A DNA stretch of 64,000 nt from Octopus bimaculoides (GCF_001194135.2 NC_068981.1:189890052-189954051), one strand, 5' to 3'; numbered from the stretch's first letter, positions 13,420 through 26,045 are shown. Notes: generated by a model not told the origin, from the letters alone. Numbers and translations: made by a program.

Positions 13420-13468
13420 TTATTTACATTTGATGGATATGTGTCCTCATCTTGTTTGTTGTTACCAC
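13420..13468 (-). mobile_element. PLE family 1 terminal-repeat fragment
   Basis: TATTTACATTTGATGGATATGTGTCCTCATCTTGTTTGTTGTTACCACA matches the post-hammerhead segment; it is truncated close to the predicted cleavage site. Confidence 0.7.
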
Positions 13469-13479
13469 AATTCGCACCA

Positions 13480-13715
13480 AATGCCGGAGCCTATTGTTGA
13501 AGAAAGTTTTGTTGTTGTATGACAATGCACGCCTACACACGGTGACCCAGATCACTGAAACCATTAAGCAATTGGGTTTTGAGGTGCTGGAACTCCCTGC
13601 CTACAGCCCAGATCTTATCCCTTCCGACTATCATATCTTTGGATGATTCAAAGATAGTTTACGAGGTCGTCGATTTCCTGTGGACGAAGATGTGAAATCT
13701 GGAGTATATAAGAAC
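13480..13715 (+). pseudogene. mariner transposase catalytic fragment (D34D)
   Basis: LLYDNARLHT...LGFEVLELPAYSPDLIPSDYHIFG*FKDSLRGRRF, with 34 residues between the two Asp. Confidence 0.85.
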
Positions 13716-14448
13716 ATGAACCAAAAGGTGAATATCACATCTTTATTTGATTATTATACCATACAGGACCAATTATAGCAGAAAATTTCGATATAGAAAA
13801 ATGGTATGAAATACCGGTCAAAGAAATATATCTGAAAGTTTATGCTGACATAATGTCATCATGGAACCCAACACATATTAAATTCGAAGTGAATTGAAAT
13901 AATATCGATAATTCATGAACGCATACAAAAAAGAATGTTCAGAAGAAATATAATATTGTGAGAAAAGGCAGTTTAGTATTTAATTTTATGGTGATGTTAG
14001 TAGATAATGAAAGAAGGAAAAAGTAAACAGAATTTCTATATCACAACATTTAATTATCTAGTTAGTTATGTATGCTAAAAGATTTTAGAAAAGTGATGCT
14101 TCTTAAATTATAGGAAAACCAATTATAATGTAGGTGTTATTTACTATTGAAATATTCAAATGTTTTTCTTTATTTATGGGAACATTTCAGTGTAACTCTG
14201 ATTCTACAAGTTCATAATTCTAATTTTGAAGTAATTATATAACACATTTCCTCAAGGCAAAGATCACATTTAAGATCACCAGTATTGTACTATGGAGCAC
14301 AACTAATAATGGATCACATTATATCGTAGTCAATGTTCCTGTTCAAATCCAAAATGCATTTACTAAAATTTGTAGAATTATATTTCCTTCTAAACTTAAA
14401 TGAAGAAATGGAATCAAGATTTCCAAATTGCTGCAGAAAAGCAAAATA

Positions 14449-15328
14449 TGAGGTCTGATCAATAAGTATCCGGACTGTTGCCATAGTAATGAAGCTAAAG
14501 CACACAATGTAAAGCTGCTTAGCACAGATTACCCTTGACCACTGTTGTGCATGCGCACTAAATTTTAACGTTCTAGCTCTCTTCCACTGTTTACAGCAGT
14601 GCTTGGAAGGAAGGTGTGTAGCATGTGAGTGTTGCATTGACTGTGACAGAGAAAGCTGTCATGGCGATACCTGCTCAGAGGCCTACACAAAGTTGCAGAA
14701 AGTGTATGAGCTGCACACTAGTGTACGAGTGGTTCAGACATTTCCAAGATGGCCGAAAAATGTCGATATTGACGAACGTTCTGCGAGACCTGCAACCAGT
14801 AGAACCGAAAAACGCATCGCAGATGTGTGTGCAGCTATGAGGGGAAATCGTTGAATCACCATCTGTGAGTTATCAGAGGATGTGAAGATTAGTTATGGTT
14901 CAGGTCAGACCATTATCTCTGAAGTTTTGGGTATGAGATGCATGTCTGCCAAGTTTGTGCGAAAACTGCTTTCAGCTGACCAAAAAGACATTCAGATTTC
15001 AGTTGCATAAAATCTCCTTGATTGTGTCGAGAACGATGAAAACTTTTTGAAAACTTTGTGTTGGCCTCCGAGCAGGTATCACTAAGCTTTTGACAAAATT
15101 TGATGCAGATTCTCTGTTCAACCTTTCATGTCAAGGTCAATGCAACAATCACATGCTACACACCTTCCTTCCAAGCCATGCTGTAAACAGCGGAAGTGAT
15201 GTAGAACGTTAAAACTTAGTGCACATGTACAGCAGAGTTCAAAGTCAAGCTGTATCAAGCGGCTTTACTCTGCGTGCTTTAGCTTCATTGCTATGGCAAC
15301 AGTCCGGGTACTTATTGATCAGACCACA
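14449..15328 (+). mobile_element. Non-autonomous mariner, 880 bp, ~200-bp TIRs, DNA-binding half of transposase only
   Basis: TA-TGAGGTCTGATCAATAAGTATCCGGACTG... inverted at ...CAGTCCGGGTACTTATTGATCAGACCACA-TG; arms ~14449-14655 and ~15125-15328. Interior: AYTKLQKVY/VYEWFRHFQDGR/DERSARP...SAKFVRKLL...ENDENFLKT. Confidence 0.9.
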
Positions 15329-15329
15329 T

Positions 15330-15570
15330 GAAGATGATAATGACGACTACAACAACGCACATGGTGGTGGTGGTTGTGGTGGTGGTGGTGGATTTGGTGG
15401 TGGTGGTGGTGGTGGTGGTGGTGGTAGTACTGGTGGTGGATTTGGCGGGGGTGGTGGTGGTAATTATAGTGGTGCTAGTGAGGATAATGGTGGTGGTGAC
15501 GATAGTGGTGGTGATAGTAGCAGTGGTGGTTTTCGTGGTGGATTTGGTGGCGGTGGTGGTAATAACGCAA
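15330..15570. repeat. (GGT)n low-complexity tract
   Basis: Seen directly; explains the Gly-rich pseudo-ORF. Confidence 0.9.
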
Positions 15571-16204
15571 TGATGATGACACGTAAAGATAGAAAATATA
15601 AAGTTAAGAAAATAACAAAACGAAACAAGACACCACGTGTCGATGACTCTCATGTAAATACGAATAAAAATAAAACTGGATCGAAATACTAACTAAATAT
15701 AAAAAATATCACATCCAGTTTGATAATATATAACATTATCAGATATGTCAAAGCCATTGCTGAGAAACTAAAATACAGAAAGATGCCAAACATAGATATC
15801 GTTAAGTAAATCCATGTTTAATAAAAGTGAGATTAATTTAATCAACTGACTGGTTTCTAATAATCCAAACAGTATCCATAAAAAAGGTGAATAACCTATT
15901 GTCTCTGATAGAAAGCTTTACAAAGTTTAGTTAATCTTGCATTTTCAAGGCTTTGCTGACACGTACGCACAGATGTTGTTTATACAGACAATGTGTGAGA
16001 GAAAGATATGCTTGGTGTAGGAAAATGACACAATGGCGCTCAAATGAATTTGAACATAGACTCTGATTGTGCGTGTAAATGTGTGCGGGTGGATGTCTGG
16101 GTGTTTTTCTCTATGTGTGTGTGTGTGTGTGATTGTGTGTGTGTGTATGTGTGAAGTCTGATTGTGTTTATCTGCTTCGCTAGCTAATGTATATCTATGT
16201 ATAT

Positions 16205-16244
<40 letters not shown>

Positions 16245-16364
16245 TGCACACGCATACACGCATATGCACGCACGCATACGCACGCACACATATGCATGTG
16301 TGTGTATTTGTGAAGTCTGTTTATCTGCTCCACTAGCTCCATATATATGTATATTTATGTATAT

Positions 16365-16409
<45 letters not shown>

Positions 16410-17009
16410 NNNNNNNNNNNNNNNNNNNNNNNNNNNNNNNNNNNNNNNNNNNNNNNNNNNNNNNNNNNNNNNNNNNNNNNNNNNNNNNNNNNNNNNNNNN
16501 NNNNNNNNNNNNNNNNNNNNNNNNNNNNNNNNNNNNNNNNNNNNNNNNNNNNNNNNNNNNNNNNNNNNNNNNNNNNNNNNNNNNNNNNNNNNNNNNNNNN
16601 NNNNNNNNNNNNNNNNNNNNNNNNNNNNNNNNNNNNNNNNNNNNNNNNNNNNNNNNNNNNNNNNNNNNNNNNNNNNNNNNNNNNNNNNNNNNNNNNNNNN
16701 NNNNNNNNNNNNNNNNNNNNNNNNNNNNNNNNNNNNNNNNNNNNNNNNNNNNNNNNNNNNNNNNNNNNNNNNNNNNNNNNTATATATGTATATATATATA
16801 CACACGCACACACACACACACACATGCACACATGCACACATACATGCATGCACACATGCACACGCACATGCATGCACACATACACATACACATGTGCATG
16901 CGTGTGTGTACCAGGAAATTACTATAACTGAGAAGTGAAACCAGGACCAAGTTTGTATTTGGATTTCTAGAAATGTAGACAGAGCGATGGTTGTATTGTT
17001 ATGAAGCTT

Positions 17010-17150
17010 GCTTGCGCGGCTTGTGGTTTGGGGTTTAATGTCCCGTCCCCCTGTATGACACCTTGGGCAAGTGTCTTCTATAGTGCTGGAACAACCGAAG
17101 CCTTGTTAGTAGATGTAGTAGATAAAAACTGAAAGAAACGAATCATATGA
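17010..17150 (+). mobile_element. SINE family A 5' part, highly diverged
   Basis: ACACCTTGGGCAAGTGTCTTCTATAG core. Confidence 0.65.
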
Positions 17151-17262
17151 ATATATCACAGTATCACATTATTGACCATCTGATGGTGTTGTACACCACT
17201 GATCACAATGCACTTCCAATTGAATTAACACCAGAATATCATCACCATCACCACCATCCAGT

Positions 17263-17480
17263 GGCCTTTTCCAGTCTCTTGGACCCCACTCAGCAACTGC
17301 ATGGATCCACCTGTTGTCTGTGAACCTTGCAACATGTCTGGCCCCAGCGGAACTTCTGCTTCTGGTATTCTGCAATCACACTGTTCATTCTACTCCATGC
17401 CCCATTTATCTCATTTTCAATATGCTCTCATATTCCTTGGCTGGATCTTTCCGTGGCCCTTTATACATATCATGCTCGTC
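17263..17480 (-). mobile_element. RTE-1-like LINE ORF2 C-terminal fragment
   Basis: KFRW(A)GHVARFTDNRWIHAVAEWGPRDWKRPL across a frameshift. Confidence 0.8.
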
Positions 17481-17726
17481 TGAATACTTTATATATTGCT
17501 AGAACTGTGGATTACTCAACCACAACGTTTTAACTTCATCGCTGCTTTCTGCACTGATAATGGATTACTTCGTTGCTTGCTCTGTGGGACCTGTCACTCC
17601 GACTAACCAATTACTGGCATACTTCATCTTGATATGTCTAGATTCCTCATGAAACTTTATAACTGTTATATACACACACACATATATATACATGTATGTA
17701 TGTATATATATACATATATGTATATA

Positions 17727-17785
<59 letters not shown>

Positions 17786-18470
17786 ACTTGGGGATGGTCA
17801 TATTGCCAGTTTAGCCAATAAAAACACACGCACTGTATANNNNNNNNNNNNNNNNNNNNNNNNNNNNNNNNNNNNNNNNNNNNNNNNNNNNNNNNNNNNN
17901 NNNNNNNNNNNNNNNNNNNNNNNNNNNNNNNNNNNNNNNNNNNNNNNNNNNNNNNNNNNNNNNNNNNNNNNNNNNNNNNNNNNNNNNNNNNNNNNNNNNN
18001 NNNNNNNNNNNNNNNNNNNNNNNNNNNNNNNNNNNNNNNNNNNNNNNNNNNNNNNNNNNNNNNNNNNNNNNNNNNNNNNNNNNNNNNNNNNNNNNNNNNN
18101 NNNNNNNNNNNNNNNNNNNNNNNNNNNNNNNNNNNNNNNNNNNNNNNNNNNNNNNNNNNNNNNNNNNNNNNNNNNNNNNNNNNNNNNNNNNNNNNNNNNN
18201 NNNNNNNNNNNNNNNNNNNNNNNNNNNNNNNNNNNNNNNNNNNNNNNNNNNNNNNNNNNNNNNNNNNNNNNNNNNNNNNNNNNNNNNNNNNNNNNNNNNN
18301 NNNNNNNNNNNNNNNNNNNNNNNNNNNNNNNNNNNNNNNNNNNNNNNNNNNNNNNNNNNNNNNNNNNNNNNNNNNNNNNNNNNNNNNNNNNNNNNNNNNN
18401 NNNNNNNNNNNNNNNNNNNNNNNNNNNNNNNNNNNNNNNNNNNNNNNNNNNNNNNNNNNNNNNNNNNNNN

Positions 18471-18815
18471 NAAGGCACATGGCTCAGTGGTAAGAGCATC
18501 GAGCTTGCAACCATAACGTTGTGAGTTCCGTTCCTGGAGTAGGCTGCATGTTATGTTCTTGAGCAAGACACTTTATTTCACGTTGCTCCAGTTCACTCAG
18601 CTGTGGAAATGAGATGTGACGTCACTGGTGCCAAGCTGTATCGGCCCCTTTGCCTTTCCCTTGGATAACATCGGTGGCATGGTGAGGGGAGGCTAGTATG
18701 CATGGGTGACTGCTGGTCTTCCATAAACAACCTTGCTCAGACTTGTGCCAAGGAGGTGAACTTTCTAAGTGAAATCCCATGGTCATTTGTGACCGAAGGG
18801 TTCTTTGCCCTTTAC
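18471..18815 (+). mobile_element. tRNA-headed SINE family E
   Basis: A box TGGCTCAGTGG, B-box-like GAGTTCCGTTCC, central TTGAGCAAGACACTTTATTTCACGTTGCTCCAGTTCACTCAGCTG domain, distinct tail. Confidence 0.7.
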
Positions 18816-19197
18816 TCTTAACATATATATATATATATATATAATACTTTAATTTTTTCTTTGTTCTGACTTTTTATCTGTCTCCAATCCTACAGAACAT
18901 TTTCATTTTCGTTTGCGTTACGCCATATCTGTCTCTCTTGCAGCTGCATAGCTGTTTTTGTTGTATATGTATGTATTATTTTGTTGTGTTTGTTTTCATG
19001 ATTGTCCTGTACATTCGTTAGCTATTTCTAATGGCTTTTCACCACTGGCACCACAAACAGTGAACAATATCAACGTTAAAGGTGTGAAATTGTAATGATC
19101 TTTTTCACATTGACTGAAGGCGAATTAGCTAAGAATTTTCTTTTTATAGTGCTTTTGTGAAATTTTCCATTTGCTTTGTTTTTTAGTTAAATTTTTG

Positions 19198-19329
<132 letters not shown>

Positions 19330-19422
19330 GGGAGAATGTACGAAAAAACAACAACAGACGAGGACAGGTGGTGTAAATAACAATAGGATGTATTAGTATG
19401 ACGCTCGGGAATACGTAAAGTC

Positions 19423-19455
19423 TTTGACGTTTCGAGCTACGCTCTTCATCAGAAA
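19423..19455 (-). ncRNA. Minimal type I hammerhead ribozyme (family 2) in a PLE-like terminal-repeat relic (~19330-19540)
   Basis: Minus strand TTT-CTGATGA-A-GAGC[GTA]GCTC-GAAAC-GTC-AAA: full core, 4-bp helix II, palindromic ACGT helix III, GUC site, 3-bp helix I. Confidence 0.75.
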
Positions 19456-19546
19456 TATAGAAAATTTCCAAAGAAGGGAAGACGGAGAAAGAAAATTGTC
19501 AATGATACACACACAGTCACATATTGAAAACATTACAAGGACAACG

Positions 19547-19581
<35 letters not shown>

Positions 19582-19669
19582 NNNNNNNNNNGTATGCATG
19601 CAGGTATGTATGCATGTATGTATGTGTGAGTGTTTGTGTCTCCTGTTGACATCGCATTATTTTTATAAA

Positions 19670-19960
19670 TGAATGTCATTGATATCCAACAGTCTCAAAT
19701 GTCTATGGAAACTTTTCTGGCCATGATGAAATATTGCCTTGCATGGAAACGGATAAATGCTGGTGACGAGGTTACCCAGCCATATAAATTCTACCTCAAG
19801 GAACAAAATCTGACCCACGCAAGCATGGAAAAATCGATGTACAATGATGATGATGATGATGAAGATGGTAATGATGATGGTGACGACGATGATGACAGCA
19901 ACAACAACGATCATGAGAATGACAATGACAGCGATTATGACAAGGAAAACGATGTATCTT
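19670..19960 (+). mobile_element. RTE-type 3' tail variant B2 with (GAT)n
   Basis: AAATATTGCCTTGCATGGAAAC...TCTGACCCACGCAAGCATGGAAAA; homologous to 58420-58640 and 63720-63920. Confidence 0.7.
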
Positions 19961-21084
19961 CTACGTAGTGTCATTTGACTGTCATTGCATACCCATTGTA
20001 AGTATTGATTATTGTATGAAAATCAATATTACTAACATGTTCTCACGCCATTTTTATCAGGTTCATGTCTCGTTTTCTACGCTTAAAATATTAACAGATT
20101 TTATTTGTTAAAGTAGTTACCTTTGTTACAGACTAATAGTTTTCCTTATTTTATCAATGTAAGTTGGACTGGAATATAATGTTTACATACAAGTAAATGA
20201 AGGAAGCAGAGTTAAATGACTGGTTCTGGAACCTGACACACATGGCTGTTGAAAGATTTGAACTTATGAATAGGAAGCCCCAGCATCGTATTCTCTGGGT
20301 CTTTATTCTTTCTCAGAAGAGCCGAGGTTCACCCAGGAGGTCAGAAATAGTCGTTAAATGTAAAAATATCGATACAGGTATGATTACATGAACGGGGATG
20401 AAATACCAAAGGAGCCAACGAACGATTGACTGATTGCATATCAAACTATTAGGTGAAAGCTCTACACACATTAGGTTGATGTGAAGTGAGGAATATAGTT
20501 ACAGTTGAGCAAACAATTATAAATAAAAGATATTACTGGACAATTTCCAATTCCATCAATATGCTTTATCAAAGGAAGCATTGAAAAGAATGCTGAAAAC
20601 AGCTGGATTAAATAGCAAAAAAATAAAATAAAAAAGACATTTGGTTTTGTTAATAAAAAGCAGCATTATTTCCTTCAAAAGAATCTAGAATATTTGATAA
20701 GGCCTTTGACCTGAAGAGCTAGGGAATTTCTTTTACAACGATTCTTTATAGAATATTCCAAGGGGGCAAATGTCTTCGAAATCTTTTAACACAAGTAATA
20801 GGGTCTTATCCTTAATGCTGTCCAAAATATAGATTATTGAGTCTGAAGTGAATAGCTGCATTTCTGCAAAACATAGGGTTTCAGTAGATGGCTTTGATTT
20901 AATTACAAGTTCCTGCAAATATGAACACAAAAAAAAAAAGAAAATTTTTGGTTTAGTTATCTGTTTTTTTTTTTTTTCACACAACCAAGAGATGAAATTT
21001 TACCATAATAAACACACTTGATTATAGAATGAGGGGGAAATAATATAGTGACAATTTAACTATTATTTCTCATATTTAAATGTG

Positions 21085-21600
21085 GCACTCCGTCAGTTAC
21101 GACGACAAGAGTAACAGTTAATCCAATCAATAAGTTGATCCGACAGAATAAGTACTAGGCTTACAAAAAATAAATCCCTGGAGTTAATTCGTTTGACGAA
21201 AGGTGGTGCTCCAGCATGGCCGCAGTCAAATGAGCGAAACAAGTAAAAGAATAAAAGAATAATATACATAGATTTTACGGTAATATGTAGATGTAGATTG
21301 GGTTATAATCCAAGCTGTATGCTCTTGAAGCACATGTGCTTATTTTGGTTACGATGACAAAGGTTCCAGTTGATCCAATCAACGGAACAGCCTGCTCGTG
21401 AAATTAACACGCAAGTGGCTGAGCACTCCACAGACACGTGTACCTTTAACGTAGTTCCCGGGGAGATTCAGCGTGACACAGAGTGTAACAAAGCTGGCCC
21501 CTTTGAAATACAGGTACAACAGAAACAGGAAGAAAGAGCCTCAGATCAACCAAAGCCTTGTGAGTGGATTTGGTAGACGGAAACTGAAAGAAGCCCGTCG

Positions 21601-21653
<53 letters not shown>

Positions 21654-21855
21654 ATGTGTGTCTGAGTTTGTCCCCCAAACATCGCTTGACAACCGATGCT
21701 GGTGTGTTTACATCCCCATAACTTAGCAATTCGACAAAATAGTCCGATAGAATAAGTACTAGGCTTACAAAGAATAAGTCCTCGGGTCGATTTTCTCGAC
21801 TAAAGGCAGTGCTCTAGCTCAGCCACAGTCAAATAACTGAAACAAGTAAAAGAGT
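21085..21855. mobile_element. SINE cluster: family A tail (21140-21265), family F tail (21345-21520, minus), 5'-truncated family A (21545-21855)
   Basis: Direct homology to other copies in the window. Confidence 0.8.
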
Positions 21856-21967
21856 GTACACAATTGAAGCAGCTTTAGATTAAAATAGCTCTCTAAGTAT
21901 CACACTTTACAAATGTGTCAACACTGTAAACACAGTTTCAGATCAAAATGCTTGCAAAAAAATTTAG

Positions 21968-22030
21968 TTTTAGCATGAAACTTAAATTCTTGCAACTTAA
22001 GTTTCATGCTAAGGTGATCATCAGGCAAGA
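21968..22030 (-). other. Hammerhead-like motif with adjacent 16-bp fold-back
   Basis: Minus strand TCTTGC-CTGATGA-TCACCTTAGCAT-GAAAC[TTAA]GTT-GCAAGA: helices I and III are perfect but helix II does not pair. Confidence 0.4.
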
Positions 22031-22684
22031 TCTGCAATAACTTTAAATAAATATATATATTATATTCATTGGTGTCTAAATATTTGTTTTTCTATGTAAA
22101 TTTTGCTTTGATTGGTAGATTTCTTGGTTTTAGGGATGGTATAGAGATGTCTACTATTTTGTGCTATTTTCCTTGGTAAGGGGTGATTACCTTAAAGCTA
22201 TCCAACAACAACTACTTAACTATAAAAACAATATACCAGGTAGGGAACTAATGGACCATAAAAAAGGCATTTCTCAACAATTTGAGAAACAAACCATCTT
22301 CATCTGAAGCAGAAAATATTTCTAAAAATGATAAAAACAAAGCACAATCGATGAAGTGTAAGGAAAACCTTTCATCTGTAATGTTAGTATTTTGTTAAAC
22401 AGTATATATGTCCCAAAGAATTTCACAAAAGACAACTACTAAATTTGACCAGCGGTTGTTATTCATAACTTTGCGTAAAAATAACATTTTTAAGGTGGCG
22501 TTCTAGCTTAGGTACAATCCAATGATGGAAACAAGCAAAAGAGTATTTAAGATATTCACATACACATACACAGGCATGCACATACACACAAACACAGATG
22601 CACACATATACACACATACACACACCTGCATGCTCACGAGCACACAAAGAAATATACACAATCATCAGGTAGCACATAAAAAAC

Positions 22685-22915
22685 ACCTTTTGAGCATCCT
22701 CATTGCCGGAACTGCCTGACTGGCCCACGTACCAATGTCGTGTAAAAGCACCCACCACACTCTCGGAGTGGTTGGCGTTAGGGAGGGCATTCAACTGTAG
22801 AAACTTTTCGAGATCTTATTGGAGCCTGGTGTAGCCATCCGGTTCGCCAGTCCTCAGTCAAATCGTCCAACCCATGCTACCATGGAAAGCGGACGTTAAA
22901 CGATGATGATGATCA
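22685..22915 (+). mobile_element. RTE 3' tail (family B)
   Basis: GTCCAACCCATGCTACCATGGAAAGCGGACGTTAAACGATGATG. Confidence 0.85.
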
Positions 22916-24449
22916 TTATCGTTGTCCTCATCATCATTGCTTAAGTTCCATTTCCCATACTGTATTTCTCACATAAATGGGTTGGGGGATCTCATCCCAC
23001 CTCATACTTAATTTTTCTCATTGTTACTATAGCTGGATGCCCTTCCTAGCACCAACCCTTTCCAAGAACCAAGCCCTTCCTAGAACCAACCCCATTACAG
23101 AATGTACTGAGTGCTTTTTATTATGTCACCAGTACTAGGTGGGGTTTCGGGCCCTCAAAAAGACTAACAGCTCCTTATGACTTTACTCTTTATAGAGTGT
23201 GGCACATAAGTCCATCCATGCCCTCAGCATGACTAAAGGGAATAATGGTGACAGTTTCTCAGGTTGTACTCAATATATTTGACATAAGATTTATGTAGAG
23301 TTAACATACATTTCTTCATATGAACGATCACCTATAGCCTTCAGTCAAAACAGCTATAATATGATTGTTTATAAAAATGATCGTGTGTATACATGCACTC
23401 TCACATATATATTTGTTGCTTGTGTGTGTGTATATATATGTATTGTTGTCTGTGTGTATGTATATATATATATATATATATATATNNNNNNNNNNNNNNN
23501 NNNNNNNNNNNNNNNNNNNNNNNNNNNNNNNNNNNNNNNNNNNNNNNNNNNNNNNNNNNNNNNNNNNNNNNNNNNNNNNNNNNNNNNNNNNNNNNNNNNN
23601 NNNNNNNNNNNNNNNNNNNNNNNNNNNNNNNNNNNNNNNNNNNNNNNNNNNNNNNNNNNNNNNNNNNNNNNNNNNNNNNNNNNNNNNNNNNNNNNNNNNN
23701 NNNNNNNNNNNNNNNNNNNNNNNNNNNNNNNNNNNNNNNNNNNNNNNNNNNNNNNNNNNNNNNNNNNNNNNNNNNNNNNNNNNNNNNNNNNNNNNNNNNN
23801 NNNNNNNNNNNNNNNNNNTATATATATATATACACACACACACATGTGTGTGTTTATGAGATAATTTCAAAATTTTGTTATTATAGTAGATAGTATATAA
23901 ATTATTTATAAACTCACACACCACGAACGCATATATATTCTCAAGATATTTTGATTTTAACTTGTAATGTAAACTTTTAATTTAATATCGTGTAAAGCAA
24001 TTTAACAAGAAATATAGCTGATGCAAATCCAATTCTCACTGGGCAATCTTTCTTTTTTTCTTTCCATTTCCTCTGTATGTCTAAGTTGATGTTACATTTC
24101 CTGAAAGTTAAGTTATATATCTAAGACATATCTATATTCAAATATATACAAATGAAGCTTCGAACAATACCAGCTTATTAGTATATCAATTTATAGTTCA
24201 AGTCAGAGAAAAAAAAATGCAAAAAAAGGAATAAAGTTTTAAAAATTAATTTCTATTTTTTTTTTATAAGTTTTAACAATAATCATTTCCAATGTTAAAA
24301 TAAAACATTCAATGCATACATACATATGTTATGTATGTATGTATAAATGTATGTATGTATGTTTGTATGTATGTATGTATAAATGTATGTATGTATGTAT
24401 GTATGTTTGTATGTATGTATGCATGTATGGATGGATGGATGTATGTCTT

Positions 24450-24845
24450 ATCATCATCATCATTTAACGTCCGCTTTTCTAGCATGGGTTGGACGATTTG
24501 ACTGAGGACTGGTGAACCAAATGGCCGCATCAGGCTCCAATCTGATCTGGCAGAGTTTCTACAGCTGGATGCCCTTCCTAATGCCAACCACTCCGAGAGT
24601 GTAGTGGGTGCTTTTTACATGCCACCGGCACAAGGGCCAATCCGGCAGTACTGGCAACGGCCAGTAAGGCGAAGCTGGAGACGATCGCACTCAAATGGTG
24701 CTTTTCATGTGCCATTGGCACAGGAGCAAGAGAGCTGCTCTGGAAGTGATCTCACTCGGATGGTGCTGTTAGCGCTCCACTGGCACAGGTGCCAGTCATC
24801 AAATTTGGTTCAGTTTTGATCTCACTTGCCCCAACAAGTCTTCGC
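24450..24845 (-). mobile_element. RTE 3' UTR (family B) with several internal subrepeats
   Basis: Reverse complement of the family B consensus. Confidence 0.85.
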
Positions 24846-24904
24846 AAGTATGTATCAATGTATGTATGTATATATGTATGTATTTATTTGTGTATATATG
24901 GACC

Positions 24905-25235
24905 CTGGTTCAAATGGACCCTGGCTCAAGCTAACATCCAGCCATCCTCATGGGAACAGATTGCCATGGATAAGACAGCATGTAGGACTGCTATCTGCAA
25001 TGGGCCAGCTTCTTCAAGCAGAACAGACAACAGAATGAGGAGGCAAAACACAGGAGAAGAAAGGAGCGTCTTCAACATCCTCGACCTGCACCGACCATCT
25101 CGTGCGAATTTTGCCCATGACTCTTTCACTACCAACTTGGACTCCAAAGTCACTTTTGGCACAAAGATCTGCCGAAGAGACTGAATAGAAATTGACGAAC
25201 CCAATGCTCAGATACGAGCTGTAGCCACCACTGCC
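24905..25235 (+). mobile_element. RTE/BovB-like LINE ORF2 C-terminus with C2H2-like finger
   Basis: KWTLAQANIQPSSWEQIAMDKTACRTAICNG..F.QNRQQNEEAKHRRRKER...CEFCP*LFHYQLGLQSH across one frameshift. Confidence 0.75.
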
Positions 25236-25287
25236 AATGTAGTTGTGTGTATGTGTGTGTGTGTGTGTGTACATATGTATCTATCAT

Positions 25288-25495
25288 CATCCTCATCATT
25301 TAACGTCCGTTTTCCATGCTAGCATGGGTTGGACGATTTGACTGGGGACTAGCGAACCAAATGGCTACACCAGACTCCAATCTGATCTGGCAGAGTTTCT
25401 ACAGCTGGATGCCTTCCCTAACGCCAACCACTCCAAGAGTGTAGTAGGTGCCTTTTATGTGCCACCGGCACGAGGGCCAGTCTGGCGGTACTGTA
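25288..25495 (-). mobile_element. RTE 3' tail (family B)
   Basis: Near-consensus copy. Confidence 0.85.
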
Positions 25496-25544
25496 TATAC
25501 AAATATATATGTATGTAAATATGTTTGTGTAGGCATGTATCCCG

Positions 25545-25985
25545 GTGTCTTTAACACCACTGGGAGCGCGACATCATTTGTATGATGTGGAAAATATTCC
25601 ATTAATATTGCACAAATGATGTTGGCATCAATTTTAAAATCCACCCAAGACTTCGCCCCCATGCTGTCTGCCCACTACAAAAATCGAACTCAGGACACAT
25701 AACAACATTATGTCACAGCTACTTTACCTCAACGGGTCCATACCAAAATACGTCAAAATTGAAACGGACCCATGAAATTCAAATGTTCACCGGACAAATT
25801 TCTTCAAAGAATCCTGGACCAACCTCCTACACCTGGATATGTCTCCAACAATAATAACTCTTTGCTAGAGTAGGCCATGGTGCCCCGTATATGACTAAAA
25901 GACATCACCAGGTGGCGCTACTAAGTTAGACATGGCCTAGGCTTATACTGGCTGAAACCTTTCAAAGTTATCAAATTTAAGTGTT
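25545..25985 (+). mobile_element. CR1 LINE 3' end (same family as 11165-12040)
   Basis: High identity to the reverse complement of 11165-11580; encodes DKFLQRILDQPPTPGYVSNNNNSL. Confidence 0.85.
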
Positions 25986-25989
25986 ATAT

Positions 25990-26045
<56 letters not shown>

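Noticed and set aside
13480-15328. Catalytic mariner fragment and the long-TIR element as one split transposon
   Set aside because: The C-terminal piece lies upstream of the N-terminal piece and outside its TIRs.
20317-20377. 61-nt exon-like segment (KSRGSPRRSEIVVKCKNIDT)
   Set aside because: Good splice sites but short, no homology, and phase-incompatible with the 30162 candidate.
23315-23365. GTCAAAACAGCTATAA resembling GTCGAAACAGCTGTAA
   Set aside because: No CUGANGA core or helix II upstream.
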